NCBI GenBank assembly: GCA_037444405.1
Contig: JBBIML010000011.1
Span: forward strand, 64,001 to 128,000
DNA length: 64,000 bases
Source: Armatimonadota bacterium
GTDB taxonomy: Bacteria > Armatimonadota > Fimbriimonadia > Fimbriimonadales > GBS-DC
Direction: 5' to 3'
The notes under the pieces were generated by a model. It was not told the DNA's origin and made no database searches. It worked only from the letters and a program-made list of their open reading frames with translations. This document shows positions 10,145 through 21,323 of the stretch, piece after piece; the first letter of the stretch is position 1, and every line of letters begins with the position of its first letter. The position numbers and the translations under genes were made by a program.

Positions 10145-10210
10145 ATCACCTTCATTTTCGGCACGATTGGGTGCAATCTGCAGAAGACAGAACAGGTATA
10201 ATCGCAGGTG

Positions 10211-10924
10211 ATGAAGGTGTTTCGGCAGTGGACGGCGACGCAGGTGGTTGCGCTGGTGCTGGGTGGGCTGCTGCTGATTTATGGGGCGAACACGGTCTAT
10301 GGCTACTATCAGCTGAGCCATTTGCATCTGAAACCGCTTCAGCCGTCGCGCTTCACCGTTCTGGGTTTCCCATCGCGCGAGATGAGCGAGCGACGCTGGA
10401 AGATTATCATCACGCAGGAAGTGCCCAAAGTGGTGGAAGTGTTGCGCGAGCAGGGGTTTGCGCGCCCTGAATATGGCGCGGAAGAGGGTTCAACACGGCG
10501 GGTGGACATCGAGCAGGTGCTGAAAGCCTGCCCGGTGGTGCTGACCGAAGGGCAGATTGAAGCGGTGTGGGTGGAGAAGCGGGAGGCGGAGACGCTGCGC
10601 GGTCGCCCCGAATATTTTGTGGTGCATCTGCGGCTGACTCCTGAAGGGCGCGCCCGACTTTGGCGCTACGCCCGTGAGCAGGTCGGTCGCCCCCGCGCGC
10701 TGGGCGAGGCGCCCACCGAAGAGCGACTGCTGCTGCTGGTGGACAAGCAGCCCTGGGCAGCGCCCATCATCAGCTCCGAAGTCGCCAGCAGCTGGTGGCT
10801 GCTGAGTCGCGCCGCCGCCCTCCAGCGCTCCGATGTGCAAATCGTGAACATCTTCGACGAGGAAATCGCTAACGAGATTGTGAACGGCTTCAAACGCGCC
10901 CGGCAGGAGGTGAACGCTCGATGA
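10211..10924 (+). CDS. Membrane-anchored protein with a SecD/SecF periplasmic-head-like domain
   Basis: N-terminal TM. VHLRLTPEGRARLWRYA...LLLLVDKQPWAAPII resembles the SecDF P1 head. Confidence 0.5.
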   Translation: MKVFRQWTATQVVALVLGGLLLIYGANTVYGYYQLSHLHLKPLQPSRFTVLGFPSREMSERRWKIIITQEVPKVVEVLREQGFARPEYGAEEGSTRRVDIEQVLKACPVVLTEGQIEAVWVEKREAETLRGRPEYFVVHLRLTPEGRARLWRYAREQVGRPRALGEAPTEERLLLLVDKQPWAAPIISSEVASSWWLLSRAAALQRSDVQIVNIFDEEIANEIVNGFKRARQEVNAR

Positions 10925-11754
10925 CCATTCGGCTGGGACACAGCCCCGACGCCGATGACGCCTTCATGTTCTGGGCGCTCAGCGCAGGACTGGTGGAGAC
11001 ACCCCTGCAGTTCGAACATGTTCTGAAAGACATTCAGACGCTGAACGAGTGGGCGCGAGAGGGGCGACTGGAGTTCACCGCGCTGTCGGTGCACAACCTC
11101 GCCTATGTGGCGGATCGCTATGCGGTGCTGATGGCAGGCGGCAGCTTCGGCGACGGCTACGGACCGATGCTGGTCGCCCGTGAACCCATCCCGCTAAATG
11201 AGCTGGCGCGCTATCCCATCGCGGTGCCGGGGCGGCTCACCAGCGCGTATCTGGCGCTGCGTCTGTTCCTGCCGGAGGCGCAGACCGTCGAGATGCCCTT
11301 CGACGCGATTATGCCCGCCGTGCAGAGCGGCGAGATACCCGTCGGACTGCTCATTCACGAGGGTCAGTTGACCCACCGCCAGCAGGGGCTGATCACGCTG
11401 CTCGATCTGGGCGTGTGGTGGGCGGAGCAGACGGGAGGGCTGCCCCTGCCGCTGGGCGTCAACGCCATCCGCGCCGACCTGCCAGAATGGGTTCAGCAGG
11501 AAATCGCCCGCGCCTTCAAAGCGAGCATTCGGCTGGGGCTGGCGAACCGCGAGCGGGCGCTTGCCTACGCCATGCAGTTCGGGCGCGGGATGGATAGGAC
11601 GACCGCCGAGCGGTTTGTCAGCATGTATGTGAACGAGCTGACGCTGAACATGGGCGAGCGGGGACGACGCGCAATTGAAGAGTTTCTGCGTCGGGGCACA
11701 GAGGCAGGTATCACGCCGCCCGCCACCCTGCGCTTCATAGAGACCCCACTGTAG
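10921..11754 (+). CDS. mqnD: 1,4-dihydroxy-6-naphthoate synthase (futalosine pathway)
   Basis: GHSPDADDAFMF, DIQTLN, GYGP, IAVPGRLTSA, GLLIHEGQLT, PLPLG and MYVN. Confidence 0.9.
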   Translation: MTIRLGHSPDADDAFMFWALSAGLVETPLQFEHVLKDIQTLNEWAREGRLEFTALSVHNLAYVADRYAVLMAGGSFGDGYGPMLVAREPIPLNELARYPIAVPGRLTSAYLALRLFLPEAQTVEMPFDAIMPAVQSGEIPVGLLIHEGQLTHRQQGLITLLDLGVWWAEQTGGLPLPLGVNAIRADLPEWVQQEIARAFKASIRLGLANRERALAYAMQFGRGMDRTTAERFVSMYVNELTLNMGERGRRAIEEFLRRGTEAGITPPATLRFIETPL

Positions 11755-11814
11755 GATGCATGCCTGGGCGGGACGCCCAAGCCACTGCCACCCTGCGCTT
11801 CATAGAGACCCCAC
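11722..11814 (+). repeat. 28-bp direct repeat of the mqnD 3' end around a small hairpin
   Basis: GCCACCCTGCGCTTCATAGAGACCCCAC at 11722-11749 and 11787-11814. Confidence 0.9.
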
Positions 11815-11852
11815 CATAGGAAGAGCGCCCTCCTGCTGCGAATCCATGCTGT

Positions 11853-13148
11853 GTGCGTGGGTGGCTGATCGGGCTGGCACTGATTGCCGCGCTGAATGTG
11901 GGCGCCATTCTCTACTGGCATCGGGATGACGGGCTGTGGAGCCACTTCGAGAATCTTGATGTGCGCACGATTCTGGAGCGGCTGGAACAGCCGCATCAGC
12001 CTCTGCAGTGGTTCGTGGGCGACTGGGTGCTGGGCAACGGCTTCTATCGCCCCCTGCCGAGCCTGCTGTATGAACTTGACTATCGCCTCTGGGGGCGCAA
12101 TCTGCTGGCGTACAAATGGACGAATGGGCTGTTGAGCCTTGCGTGTGCGCTGCTCATGGTGGGCTGGGTGTGGGAGTTGAGCCGTTCGCGCCCGCTCGCG
12201 CTCCTGGCAGGCTTTCTCTTTACTGGCTGGCAGACGGGACTGTTGCCGGCGTTGCCCGAATCGCTGCTGTGGGCATCGGCGATCGTAGCGACGGGGCTTG
12301 CGTGGCGGCTCCAGCGCGATTACCGTAGAGCGCTGATTGTGGGCTGCATGGTGCTGATGCTGGGGCTGGAGCTGAGCTTTATCCCCAAACTGCCCGATCT
12401 GCATCAGGCATCGTTCGCCTATCGCGCAATCGGCTGGATACCGGGGCGCACGGCGACGCTGATGACGCTGTTCGCGCTGATCTCGCTCTGGGCGTATTGC
12501 CGACTCTGCTGGCGTGGGGGCTGGCAGTGGGCGATAGTGAGCCTGCTTGCCTATCTCGCCGCGCTGGGCAGCTATGAGCAGGCGGTCTGTTTGCCGCTGC
12601 TGATGGCGGCATACGGGTTGGCGGTTCGGGCGCAGGGCGGGCGATTCGTCGCATGGTTGCCCGCCGTCGCGCTCATCATTCTGGAACTCTATCTCTGGTT
12701 CTATCTGGCGAATATCCCATCGCAGACCGAGTATCACCAGCAGCGATTGCGCCGTTTTTACGCGCTGGGCGGCTCGCTCGGCTACTGGCTGCTGCCGCCG
12801 CTGCCGGAGGTGGCAAATCAACTGAGCCTGCTCATCGATGCGCCGCTGGCGTTCATCCTGCCTGGCTTCTGGAAGGCGTGGCTGGTGATGGCAGCGTATG
12901 GGGTCGGGTTATGGCAGGTTCGGCGTCAGCCGCTGGCGTGGGTGGGGCTGGTCGGCTCGATGCTGGCTTATTTGCCGCTGGCGCCCGTCATTCCGCTGAT
13001 GCACTACTACTATCTGCCAGCGGTGTTCCGCACGCTGTGGGTGGCAGTGCTACTGGCAACCCTCGTCAGGAGAGTTGCGCCAGATAGTTCCGCTCGGATT
13101 GCCGTCGAAGACACAGCTTGGAGCCAGCGTGCTGCGGAAACTGTTTGA
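11853..13148 (+). CDS. Polytopic membrane protein, possible GT-C-type glycosyltransferase
   Basis: Many TMs, early DD, FYRPL, WIPGR and SYEQA motifs. Confidence 0.55.
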   Translation: MRGWLIGLALIAALNVGAILYWHRDDGLWSHFENLDVRTILERLEQPHQPLQWFVGDWVLGNGFYRPLPSLLYELDYRLWGRNLLAYKWTNGLLSLACALLMVGWVWELSRSRPLALLAGFLFTGWQTGLLPALPESLLWASAIVATGLAWRLQRDYRRALIVGCMVLMLGLELSFIPKLPDLHQASFAYRAIGWIPGRTATLMTLFALISLWAYCRLCWRGGWQWAIVSLLAYLAALGSYEQAVCLPLLMAAYGLAVRAQGGRFVAWLPAVALIILELYLWFYLANIPSQTEYHQQRLRRFYALGGSLGYWLLPPLPEVANQLSLLIDAPLAFILPGFWKAWLVMAAYGVGLWQVRRQPLAWVGLVGSMLAYLPLAPVIPLMHYYYLPAVFRTLWVAVLLATLVRRVAPDSSARIAVEDTAWSQRAAETV

Positions 13149-13189
13149 ATAGGAGCGGAGGCGAGACGAAGGGCACAATCACACAAACA

Positions 13190-13215
13190 GCAGGAATCGG
13201 CTCATTCGCCCCGAA
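13190..13215 (+). promoter_or_regulatory. GCAGGAAT-N14-CGAA alternative-sigma promoter-like motif
   Basis: The same motif and spacing recur at four other intergenic sites. Confidence 0.55.
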
Positions 13216-13242
13216 CCAAACCTGCACCTGAAGGGTGCAGCG

Positions 13243-13374
13243 ATGCACCACCCATCCGAGTGCCACAACTGGACGGAAGCCGAATGGCTTCAGCAGCTGC
13301 AGCGGCGCGCCGCCCGACTCACCTGCTGCGCAGACGACGCCGATCTCGCGCACGACTGCCTCTGCGCCTTTTGA
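13243..13374 (+). pseudogene. Possible truncated ECF-sigma region-2 fragment
   Basis: MHHPSECHNWTEAEWLQQLQRRAARLTCCADDADLAHDCLCAF* resembles the LxxxAxRL...DAxDLxQD pattern. Not in the ORF track because of its length. Confidence 0.4.
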
Positions 13375-13995
13375 GGTTGATGGGGGAGTGGATTATGCTG
13401 AGATTGAAGTGTTCTTCCCTCCGAACGATACAAATCACCCTTCAGGTGGCCCAGCTTGATTTATATTGGTGAAAGAGCCGATCCTGTGTACGGTGATTAT
13501 CATGTTCATCTTTACCGCTTGGTTCGAAGAAGAGACCGTGATGGACGCCTTCGTCAACTCATCACCTGGGTTGACCAGCTGGAGACCCGTGGAATACACC
13601 GATTTATTGCTCTTCTTGAGCATGAAAAATCACATCGCAAGTACTATACTCAGCGCATTTCGCGATGTGATTGGAGCAATCAAGAAGATCCAGACCAAGA
13701 CAGCTTACCGAGCTGGTGGGAGCGCATGCATGGGCTGGATCCAAATAATCACAACACAACAAATACACCTGGTTTGGATGATGATCCCGAGGGCGATTCG
13801 GATGCGGTTGCCGAGATAGAGGCGTATGGCGCCCTTCCAAGAGCAAAGGACTACTGGAAACAGGATTGGGCGGAGGGCAGCCTACAGTGGGGAACACCGC
13901 CATCTCCTTTCCCCTGGAGGTATCATTCGACGAACACCAACCAACCGCGCTATACGGATTTACTGAGAAGCGTATCCCGAACAGGAGGACGCTGA
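13370..13995 (+). pseudogene. C-terminal fragment of a large protein with an HExxH motif and a Ca-binding DxDxD..WE..GLDP motif
   Basis: LEHEKSH and DPDQDSLPSWWERMHGLDP. No good start, frame break near 13456, lower GC. Confidence 0.5.
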
Positions 13996-14015
13996 AGGAA
14001 GAAGGAGGCAAGACG

Positions 14016-15038
14016 ATGAAAAACACCATCGGTAGTCGGATAACAGCGGTGCTTGCCATAAGCACCATCAGCGCATCGCTGCTGGGGCAAACGCCCAACC
14101 CCTCACCTGGCACGACGCCTCCAGCAGATACCGAAAAGCTCTGGTTTACAGACCTCAGCCTGTGTCAAAGCACCGCCCGCCGCAAAGACCCTGCCCTGCT
14201 TCCCTACATACGCGAGATGCTCCAGTCGCCAAGGCAACGCTATAAAGAACACGCCCATTCCCTGACTGTGTGTGCGCTGGTCGCCCTCGGGCGTATCGGA
14301 ACCGAAGAGGCGCTTACCGCGCTGGAAAGCGTTGCAAACAATCTCAAGCCCTACTATCGGGAGTCGTATGTGCCTGTTATCAGGGCGCGCATTCGCGCCG
14401 ACATGGAGTTCCCTACGGTCCACACTCGCGAGCAGTGGGAGCAGAAAGTGGCGTTCTTCCTGCAGGAGGCAGGGCTGACCCGCGAAGCGCTGCAGGAGGC
14501 TCTGAAAAATCATCCCCAGTTCGGAGACCCGATGGTTTATCCGTCGCGCGGGGTCGTGGCGGTGCGGGTGCTGCTGGAGATGGCAGGCGAGGCGTATGCG
14601 AATGGGGTCAAAGAAGCGCTGGAGCTGTTTCAGGGGCTGGAGTTAGAGCGGGACGACCCCTCACGGGTTCGGTATCAGCTGATACCGCTGAACAGACAGC
14701 AGCGGATTGAGTGGCTGATCCATTCGCTGACCCACAAACCAGCAAGTCGTTTTCGGGATCGGTACGAGTTGCTGGCGCTGTGGCAGTGTGGCGAGGCGGC
14801 GATACCTGCGATTCTGGCGAAGATAGAGGAGCTGTCTTCGCAGAAGCCGAAGGAGGAGGCGGAGATTGTTCGGGTGAATGTTGGGATAGCGAACCTGCTG
14901 GAGGTGCTGGCAGGTTTTGATGACCCGCGCGTGGAGCCGATTATGACACGATTTGCCCAGAGGGGCTATCACGAGGCAGAAGAGTTTCTCCGTCGGAATC
15001 GGAAGGGGCTACGCGGAATTATTATTTATGATTGGTAG
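14016..15038 (+). CDS. Secreted alpha-helical (HEAT-like) protein
   Basis: AGGAGG RBS, signal peptide, ALVALGRIGTEEALTAL and LWQCGEAAIPAILAKI repeats. Confidence 0.65.
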   Translation: MKNTIGSRITAVLAISTISASLLGQTPNPSPGTTPPADTEKLWFTDLSLCQSTARRKDPALLPYIREMLQSPRQRYKEHAHSLTVCALVALGRIGTEEALTALESVANNLKPYYRESYVPVIRARIRADMEFPTVHTREQWEQKVAFFLQEAGLTREALQEALKNHPQFGDPMVYPSRGVVAVRVLLEMAGEAYANGVKEALELFQGLELERDDPSRVRYQLIPLNRQQRIEWLIHSLTHKPASRFRDRYELLALWQCGEAAIPAILAKIEELSSQKPKEEAEIVRVNVGIANLLEVLAGFDDPRVEPIMTRFAQRGYHEAEEFLRRNRKGLRGIIIYDW

Positions 15039-15047
15039 ACCGAGCCG

Positions 15048-15940
15048 ATGTATGGCTTGGTGCGCAAGGTGAGAGACGCGCTGGGGCGGGCGACGGAGTA
15101 TCAGGATTACGCAGCCGATGAGGCGAACCTGGCGCGTCGGGGTCAGGTAAAGCGGGTGATTGTGCCGGGCGGTTACTGGCGGGAGTTAGACTATGGCGGA
15201 CTGGGCTGGATGGTGCGTCGCGAGGTGCAGACGGCGAGTGGGAGCGAGGTGACGACCTACACCTATGACGCGTGGGATCGGTTGCGGGGGATAGACTACC
15301 CGCGCAGTGCCGATGTGAATATGGGCTGGGACGGTGAGAACCGTCGGGTATGGGTTGTGGATGGTGGTGCAGGGCGTCGGGAGTATACCTACGATGCGTG
15401 GGGTCGGGTGGTGCGCCAGCAGGGATGCTGTGGGAGTGAGCTTGTTGACATAGTGGCAGTAGAAGCCCGTTATGATGCCGCCGGCAGACGCACTGAAATC
15501 CGCGAGATAACCCCATATGGCACAGGACGCACCATTTATACCTTCTACGACGGGTTGGGGCGCGTCAAAGCCATCGGACCGTCACCCAATCCCCCCTGAC
15601 CCCGAGGGAGATAGAAATGTGATTTACTATTATGACAGTGCGGGGCGCCTGTGGAAAGAGGCGTTCCTGAATGGCAACCACTTTATTCACAGCTATTACG
15701 GTACCGATGGCGCAGGTGGAGGATGCTCTCAGTGGGGCAGTGAACCGCTTTGCGTGGAACCCTGAAGGCACGCTGGCGCGATGGAGTACCAATCAGCCGA
15801 ACAGTTATGCGCGGGTGTTTGGGTATGATGAAGAGGGTCGCCTGACGCGGATAGAGCGGGATTATGGCAGCGGCAACTTGCAGATGGCGTATGAGTATGG
15901 GTACAATAGTGAGGGTGTGCGGGTGTGGAAGCGGGGTGTT
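15048..15940 (+). pseudogene. Rhs/YD-repeat protein remnant (frameshifted and deleted)
   Basis: TYTYDAWDRL, YTYDAWGRV, YDAAGRRT, YDSAGRL and YDEEGRL across three frames. Frameshift at the C-run near 15591. Confidence 0.8.
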
Positions 15941-15983
15941 CCTGTAAAAGTCGTTGTGAGGCGGAAAATGCCGGATGAGGTTT

Positions 15984-17024
15984 TCAAATGCCTGGGGTGC
16001 TTTCGAAGTGATCCCAGCCGCCTGCAGGCATCGGTGTGCGGTTGCCTTCCGCATCCTCCAGCCATAGCCCCTTCTCTTCAACGAGGTGTCCGATGGGTGT
16101 GAGGGGAGTTCCTGTCTGGGCGGGCAGCATCTCCATCAGCGGCTGGGCAGTCGCGGGCGCGGCGGCGATCAGCAGCTCATAGTCCTCGCCACCTGACAGC
16201 GCGAAGAGCATGGGGTCTTCACCCCTCTGCTCGCACCAGCGCCGTGCGGCTGGATGAACGGGTATCTGCACCGACTGGACGACGGCGCCGCAGCGGGAGG
16301 CGTGCGCCAGCTTCGGCAGGTCCGCCGCCAGTCCGTCGCTGATGTCCATCATGGCATGGATGCCACCTACGCGCAGCAATTGCCCTTCCGCAAGGCGCGG
16401 AACGGGTCGGAAATGCGCCTGCAGGGCTTCGCTATCGGAGCGGTCGCCCTGCGTCAGGCGCATCAGTCCTGCCCGCGAGCCGCCCAGCGCGCCCGTGACC
16501 AGCAGCCAGTCGCCCGGCTGACCGCCTCGCCGCAGCACGGGCGACCCCTGCACGCTGCCCAGCACGCTCACATCGATGATGAGGGCGCCGTTCGCGGGCG
16601 CGGCGCGGTTGGTGTCGCCGCCAATCAGGGGCACACCATAGCGGCGGGCGCACTCCAGAAAGCCCTCGATGAATCGGTCGAGCCAGTCGCCCGTGCGTTC
16701 GGACGGCAGCGCGAGGCTCAACAGCGCACCGAGCGCTTCGCCCCCCATCGCCGCTATATCGCTCAGATTGACCGCGAGCGACTTCCAGCCCAGCTCGCGG
16801 GCGTCCATCCAGTCGAGCCGAAAATGGACGCCCTCAATCAGCATATCGGCTGTCCACAGCATCAGGCGGTCGCCCACCTGTAGCACGGCGGCGTCATCGC
16901 CGATGCCCTCTATGAGGCTAACGCCCGCTAACAGAGGAAGCGGGTCGCTCCCACCCAGCGCGGCGCGAGCGATGCGCCCGATCAGCGCGTATTCGGCGCC
17001 CAGTTCGGACCAGTTATTTAGCAT
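15984..17024 (-). CDS. thiL: Thiamine-phosphate kinase
   Basis: [34 protein letters not shown] and GGEDYELL. Confidence 0.93.
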   Translation of the reverse strand: MLNNWSELGAEYALIGRIARAALGGSDPLPLLAGVSLIEGIGDDAAVLQVGDRLMLWTADMLIEGVHFRLDWMDARELGWKSLAVNLSDIAAMGGEALGALLSLALPSERTGDWLDRFIEGFLECARRYGVPLIGGDTNRAAPANGALIIDVSVLGSVQGSPVLRRGGQPGDWLLVTGALGGSRAGLMRLTQGDRSDSEALQAHFRPVPRLAEGQLLRVGGIHAMMDISDGLAADLPKLAHASRCGAVVQSVQIPVHPAARRWCEQRGEDPMLFALSGGEDYELLIAAAPATAQPLMEMLPAQTGTPLTPIGHLVEEKGLWLEDAEGNRTPMPAGGWDHFESTPGI

Positions 17025-18285
17025 ACGGTTGCAGTTTGGCGGCGACGGTGGGGATGACCTGCGCGCGCAGGTGGATGCCCTGCTCGTGATAGTCGACCGA
17101 CAGCACGCGCCCCAGCTCGTAGCATTCGGCGACGAGCGCGCTCGCCTCATACGGCAGCCACACATCGACGCTCACCAGCATCCCCTGCAGCGTGCTGACG
17201 ATGCGATCCATCAGGTGGGGGATACCCTGCGCCTGCTTCGCGGAGATATAGACCGAGTTCGGATGCTCGGCGACCAGCTGGCGCAGCCAGTAGGTATCGC
17301 GCACGCGGTCAGCCTTGTTGAACACCAGAATAGTGGGCTTCTGATCCGCGCCCAGCTCAACGAGCGTGGTCTCCACCGCGTCGCGCTGGAGTTCCCAGTG
17401 CGGGCTGGAGATGTCGATTACATGCAGCAAGAAGTCGGCTTCCAGCACCTCTTCGAGCGTGGCGCGGAAGGCTTCTAACAGCATCGGGGGCAGATTCTCC
17501 ACGAAGCCCACCGTGTCGGTCAACAGTACCGACCAGCCATCGGGCAGCACCACGCGGCGCGTGGTGGGGTCCAGCGTGGCAAACACGCGCGAATCGACAT
17601 AGGTGTGCGAGCCAGATAGCACATTCAGCAGGGTCGATTTGCCCGCGTTGGTGTAGCCGACGATGGCGCCGCTGGGGAAGGGCAGTCGGCGTCGGGACGC
17701 GCGCTGATGTTCGCGCTGACGACGGATTTCGTCGATTTCGTGGCGCAGGTGGGCGATGCGCTCGCGTACGCGCCGCCGATCCATCTCCAGCTTGGTCTCG
17801 CCGGGACCGCGCGTGCCGATGCCGCCGCCCAATCGGGAGAGCGCGTTGCCCTTGCCCGACAGGCGCGGCATCAAGTACAGCAGCTGCGCCAGCTCCACCT
17901 GCAACGCACCCTCACGCGAGCGCGCCCGCCGCGCAAAAATGTCCAGAATCAGCTGCGTGCGGTCGATCACGCGCGTCTGGGTCAGCTCCTCCAGATTGCG
18001 CTGCTGCACGGGGGTCAGTTCGGTGTCAAAAATAATCAGGTCGGCTTCCTTTTCGCGAGCCAGCACGAACAGCTCCTCCGCTTTGCCCCTGCCGATGCAG
18101 GTGGCGACATCAGGGCTGTGGCGTCGCTGGCGCATCTCGGCGATAATCGTCACGCCCGCCGACCGGCTCAGCGCCCGCATCTCGTCCGCCCAGTACGACT
18201 CTTCGAGGTCAGTGTCCGCGTGGCACAGCACCAGGATGGCTCGCTCTGGCTCCGCGATGGCTCGCACCTGTGCGATAGCGGTCAC
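17014..18285 (-). CDS. hflX: GTPase HflX
   Basis: [47 protein letters not shown] and NKAD. Confidence 0.96.
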   Translation of the reverse strand: MTAIAQVRAIAEPERAILVLCHADTDLEESYWADEMRALSRSAGVTIIAEMRQRRHSPDVATCIGRGKAEELFVLAREKEADLIIFDTELTPVQQRNLEELTQTRVIDRTQLILDIFARRARSREGALQVELAQLLYLMPRLSGKGNALSRLGGGIGTRGPGETKLEMDRRRVRERIAHLRHEIDEIRRQREHQRASRRRLPFPSGAIVGYTNAGKSTLLNVLSGSHTYVDSRVFATLDPTTRRVVLPDGWSVLLTDTVGFVENLPPMLLEAFRATLEEVLEADFLLHVIDISSPHWELQRDAVETTLVELGADQKPTILVFNKADRVRDTYWLRQLVAEHPNSVYISAKQAQGIPHLMDRIVSTLQGMLVSVDVWLPYEASALVAECYELGRVLSVDYHEQGIHLRAQVIPTVAAKLQPYAK

Positions 18286-18291
18286 CTCCTA

Positions 18292-18507
18292 CTAATCTTC
18301 CAGCTCGCGACGCGAGAGGGGCGATTGCAAGTGGGCGTGCTGCCAGTGACGGATCAGCCCGTACACGATCAGCCCCGCTCCCACCAGCAACAGCAGCGGG
18401 AATAGCATCGCCACCAGCCGCATCGCGATAGCCAGAACGCGAAACGCGACCTGAAGCAGGACCACGGCGAGCAGGATCAGCAGTCCCAGCCGCACATAGC
18501 GGTTCAT
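18292..18507 (-). CDS. Small membrane protein
   Basis: Two hydrophobic segments, operon-like spacing. Confidence 0.6.
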   Translation of the reverse strand: MNRYVRLGLLILLAVVLLQVAFRVLAIAMRLVAMLFPLLLLVGAGLIVYGLIRHWQHAHLQSPLSRRELED

Positions 18508-18782
18508 TCGCGCCCCTCCTGTGAACTGGTGCTAACGGCTTGCGCTGGGCTGGACGCCGAATCGCTGCTGACAGGCATCGGCGCGGCGGCTTCTGTCGCC
18601 GCCTTCGCCTTCGCGCTTTTGCGCAGCTCCATCGCCAGCCCGATCAGGATCAGCGCGACGCCCGCACCCGCGCTCCAGGGCAAAAACCACTGGATATGGT
18701 TCAGCAGCACCGCGCCCAGATAGAGCAGCACCGATGCCGACAGCACCAGCACCCCAAGATACATCACCTTGTTTTTCGGCAT
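18504..18782 (-). CDS. Small membrane protein
   Basis: GAGGTGG RBS before MPKNKV, two TMs and a low-complexity tail. Confidence 0.6.
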   Translation of the reverse strand: MPKNKVMYLGVLVLSASVLLYLGAVLLNHIQWFLPWSAGAGVALILIGLAMELRKSAKAKAATEAAAPMPVSSDSASSPAQAVSTSSQEGRE

Positions 18783-18840
18783 AGCCACCTCTTTATAATA
18801 CCCCACTTGCCTGCTAAATTGCACCGTTAGGTATCCTCTG

Positions 18841-19647
18841 ATGATGATAGAAAGGCTGGGCACTTTGTGGGAGCGATGGTCGGAGCCAGTGCTGACAGGG
18901 GCGCTGAAAATCGCGCTGGTTGTGGCGCTGGTGCTGATTGCGCGCTGGTTGATGGCGCGCGCGATTATGGCAGCCCTGAACACCCTCCAGCGCCGCTTCG
19001 AGGTGTCCGAGCGACGCGCCGCCCAGATTCAGACCCTCACCGCCCTGCTCATCAGCATCCTCAACTACACGCTGCTCTTTGTGGCGCTATTGACCATCCT
19101 GAGCGTGTTCGGTGTCAATCTGGGACCCGTGCTGGCGACGGCGGGCATCACCGGGCTGGCAATCAGCTTCGGGGCGCAACGGCTCGTGCGCGACCTCATC
19201 AACGGCTTCTTCATTCTGCTCGAAGATCAGTTCGCGGTGGGCGAATATGTCACGGTGGATGGCATCAGCGGCATGGTGGAGACGATGGGCATGCGTATCA
19301 CCCGCCTGCGCGACGACGAGGGACGACTGGTCACGATTGCCAACGGCGACATCAATCGTGTGATCAATCACAGTCGGGGCGAGAAGCGGCTGGTGCTGGA
19401 GGTGGGTATCGCCAGCACGGTGGAGCTGCCCGCCGCGCGCGAATGGCTGCAGCGCACCGTCGAATCGTTCCAGCATCCCGCGCTGCGCACGCCCCTGAGC
19501 GTGCAGGGACCCGCCTCGCTGGAGAGCAACCGCTACCTGTTCCGCATCGAGGGGCGCACGGTCAACCAGCAGGGTACAATTGTGCAGGACGCGCTGCGCG
19601 AGCATCTGCTGCTGGCGGCGCGTCAGCACAACATTCCACTGGCATAG
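18841..19647 (+). CDS. MscS-family mechanosensitive channel
   Basis: GITGLAISFGAQRLVRDLINGFFILLEDQFAVGEYV. Confidence 0.9.
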   Translation: MMIERLGTLWERWSEPVLTGALKIALVVALVLIARWLMARAIMAALNTLQRRFEVSERRAAQIQTLTALLISILNYTLLFVALLTILSVFGVNLGPVLATAGITGLAISFGAQRLVRDLINGFFILLEDQFAVGEYVTVDGISGMVETMGMRITRLRDDEGRLVTIANGDINRVINHSRGEKRLVLEVGIASTVELPAAREWLQRTVESFQHPALRTPLSVQGPASLESNRYLFRIEGRTVNQQGTIVQDALREHLLLAARQHNIPLA

Positions 19648-19656
19648 GAGTGAACA

Positions 19657-20157
19657 ATGAGGGCGCGTGTGAACTTTCTGAAGGAGCTGCTCATCCAGGC
19701 TTATGAAGGCAGCCGCTGGCACAGCTTCAAAACGGCGGTCAGAGGGCTGACGCCCGAAGAGGCGCTCTGGAAGCCCCCAACAGGCTACAAAGGCTTCCGC
19801 TGGGCGGACGGCTCCATCCTGAAAATCATTTTTCATCTGGGCGCCGATAAAATCGTGCAGATTTCCACCGCCTTCGGTGAGGGCGCAGTCGACTGGAACG
19901 CGATGGAACATCGCTTCCGGGCGATGGGAGGCGACCTGAACGCCGCCCTGCAAATCGCACAGGAAGGCTACGAAACCAGCCTCGATGCGCTCGCGCCCCT
20001 AACCGACGACGACCTGCAGGTGGAGCGACCCTACTGGGGCGGCGGACGCATGCCCACCGGCGACCTGTTCCTGATGCTGGCAGAACACGACCTCTACCAC
20101 GCCGGACAGATTCAATACATCCGCGCGATGTACGCTGCGCTGAAGGGGGCAAAATGA
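19657..20157 (+). CDS. DinB-family protein
   Basis: [19 protein letters not shown] and HDLYHAGQI. Confidence 0.85.
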   Translation: MRARVNFLKELLIQAYEGSRWHSFKTAVRGLTPEEALWKPPTGYKGFRWADGSILKIIFHLGADKIVQISTAFGEGAVDWNAMEHRFRAMGGDLNAALQIAQEGYETSLDALAPLTDDDLQVERPYWGGGRMPTGDLFLMLAEHDLYHAGQIQYIRAMYAALKGAK

Positions 20158-21323
20158 TGAAGAAGACCGTTCGCGATATTGAGGTGCGGGGCAGGCGCGT
20201 GCTGGTGCGCGTCGATTTCAATGTGCCCCTTCAGGACGGACAGATTACCGACGACCGTCGCATTCGTGAAGCGCTGCCGACGATTCAATATCTGCTGGAG
20301 CAGGGTGCGACGGTGATCCTGATGTCGCATCTCGGTCGCCCCAAAGGGCGGCGCGACCCGCAATATTCGCTGCGCCCCGTGGCGCAACGGCTGAGCGAGC
20401 TGCTCGGTCGCCCTGTGCGCTTTCTGGACGACTGCATCGGCGACGCGGTGGAGCAGGCGGTGCAGGCAGCGGCGCCCGGCGAAGTAATCCTGCTGGAGAA
20501 CCTGCGCTTCCATCCTGAAGAGGAGGCGAACGACCCCGCCTTTGCGCAGGCGCTGGCGCGGCTGGGCGAGATTTATGTGAACGACGCTTTCGGCTCGGCA
20601 CATCGAGCGCACGCCTCCACTGAGGGCGTGACGCGCTACCTGCCTGCTGTCGCAGGACTGCTGATGGAAAAGGAGCTGCGCTACCTCAGCCATGCGCTTG
20701 CCAGCCCCGAGCGCCCCTTTATTGCCATTCTGGGCGGCGCGAAGGTGCATGACAAAATCGGCGTGATCCAGAACCTTCTGCCGAAGGTGGATCGGCTGCT
20801 GATTGGGGGCGGGATGGCGTTCACCTTCCTCAAAGCCCAGGGCTACGAGATTGGGCGCTCCCTGCTGGATGCCGATAGCCTTGAGTTCGCGCGACAGGTT
20901 CTGCAGCAGGCAGGCGATAAGATGGTGCTGCCCGTCGATGTGGTGGTGGCGCCCGCACCCGAATCGGAGACATGGCAGATTGTGCCTGTCGATGCCATGC
21001 CGCCCGACCAGATGGGGCTGGACATCGGTTCCGAAACGGTCGCCCGCTTCGGGGAGATAATCCGCACGGCGAAAACCATCGTGTGGAACGGACCGCTGGG
21101 GCTGTTCGAGCGGGCGCCGTTCGCGCAGGGCACGCGCGCGGTGCTGCAGGCGGTCGCTGAATCGGGCGCGGTCTCCATTCTCGGCGGTGGCGATACCGCT
21201 GCCGCCGCCGAGCAACTGGGCTTCGCGGACCGTATCACTCACATCTCCACAGGCGGCGGCGCGGCGCTGGAGTTCCTTGAGGGGCGCGAACTGCCCGGCG
21301 TGGCAGCGCTGCAGGACAGCTAA
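20154..21323 (+). CDS. pgk: Phosphoglycerate kinase
   Basis: [32 protein letters not shown] and HISTGGGA. Confidence 0.98.
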   Translation: MMKKTVRDIEVRGRRVLVRVDFNVPLQDGQITDDRRIREALPTIQYLLEQGATVILMSHLGRPKGRRDPQYSLRPVAQRLSELLGRPVRFLDDCIGDAVEQAVQAAAPGEVILLENLRFHPEEEANDPAFAQALARLGEIYVNDAFGSAHRAHASTEGVTRYLPAVAGLLMEKELRYLSHALASPERPFIAILGGAKVHDKIGVIQNLLPKVDRLLIGGGMAFTFLKAQGYEIGRSLLDADSLEFARQVLQQAGDKMVLPVDVVVAPAPESETWQIVPVDAMPPDQMGLDIGSETVARFGEIIRTAKTIVWNGPLGLFERAPFAQGTRAVLQAVAESGAVSILGGGDTAAAAEQLGFADRITHISTGGGAALEFLEGRELPGVAALQDS

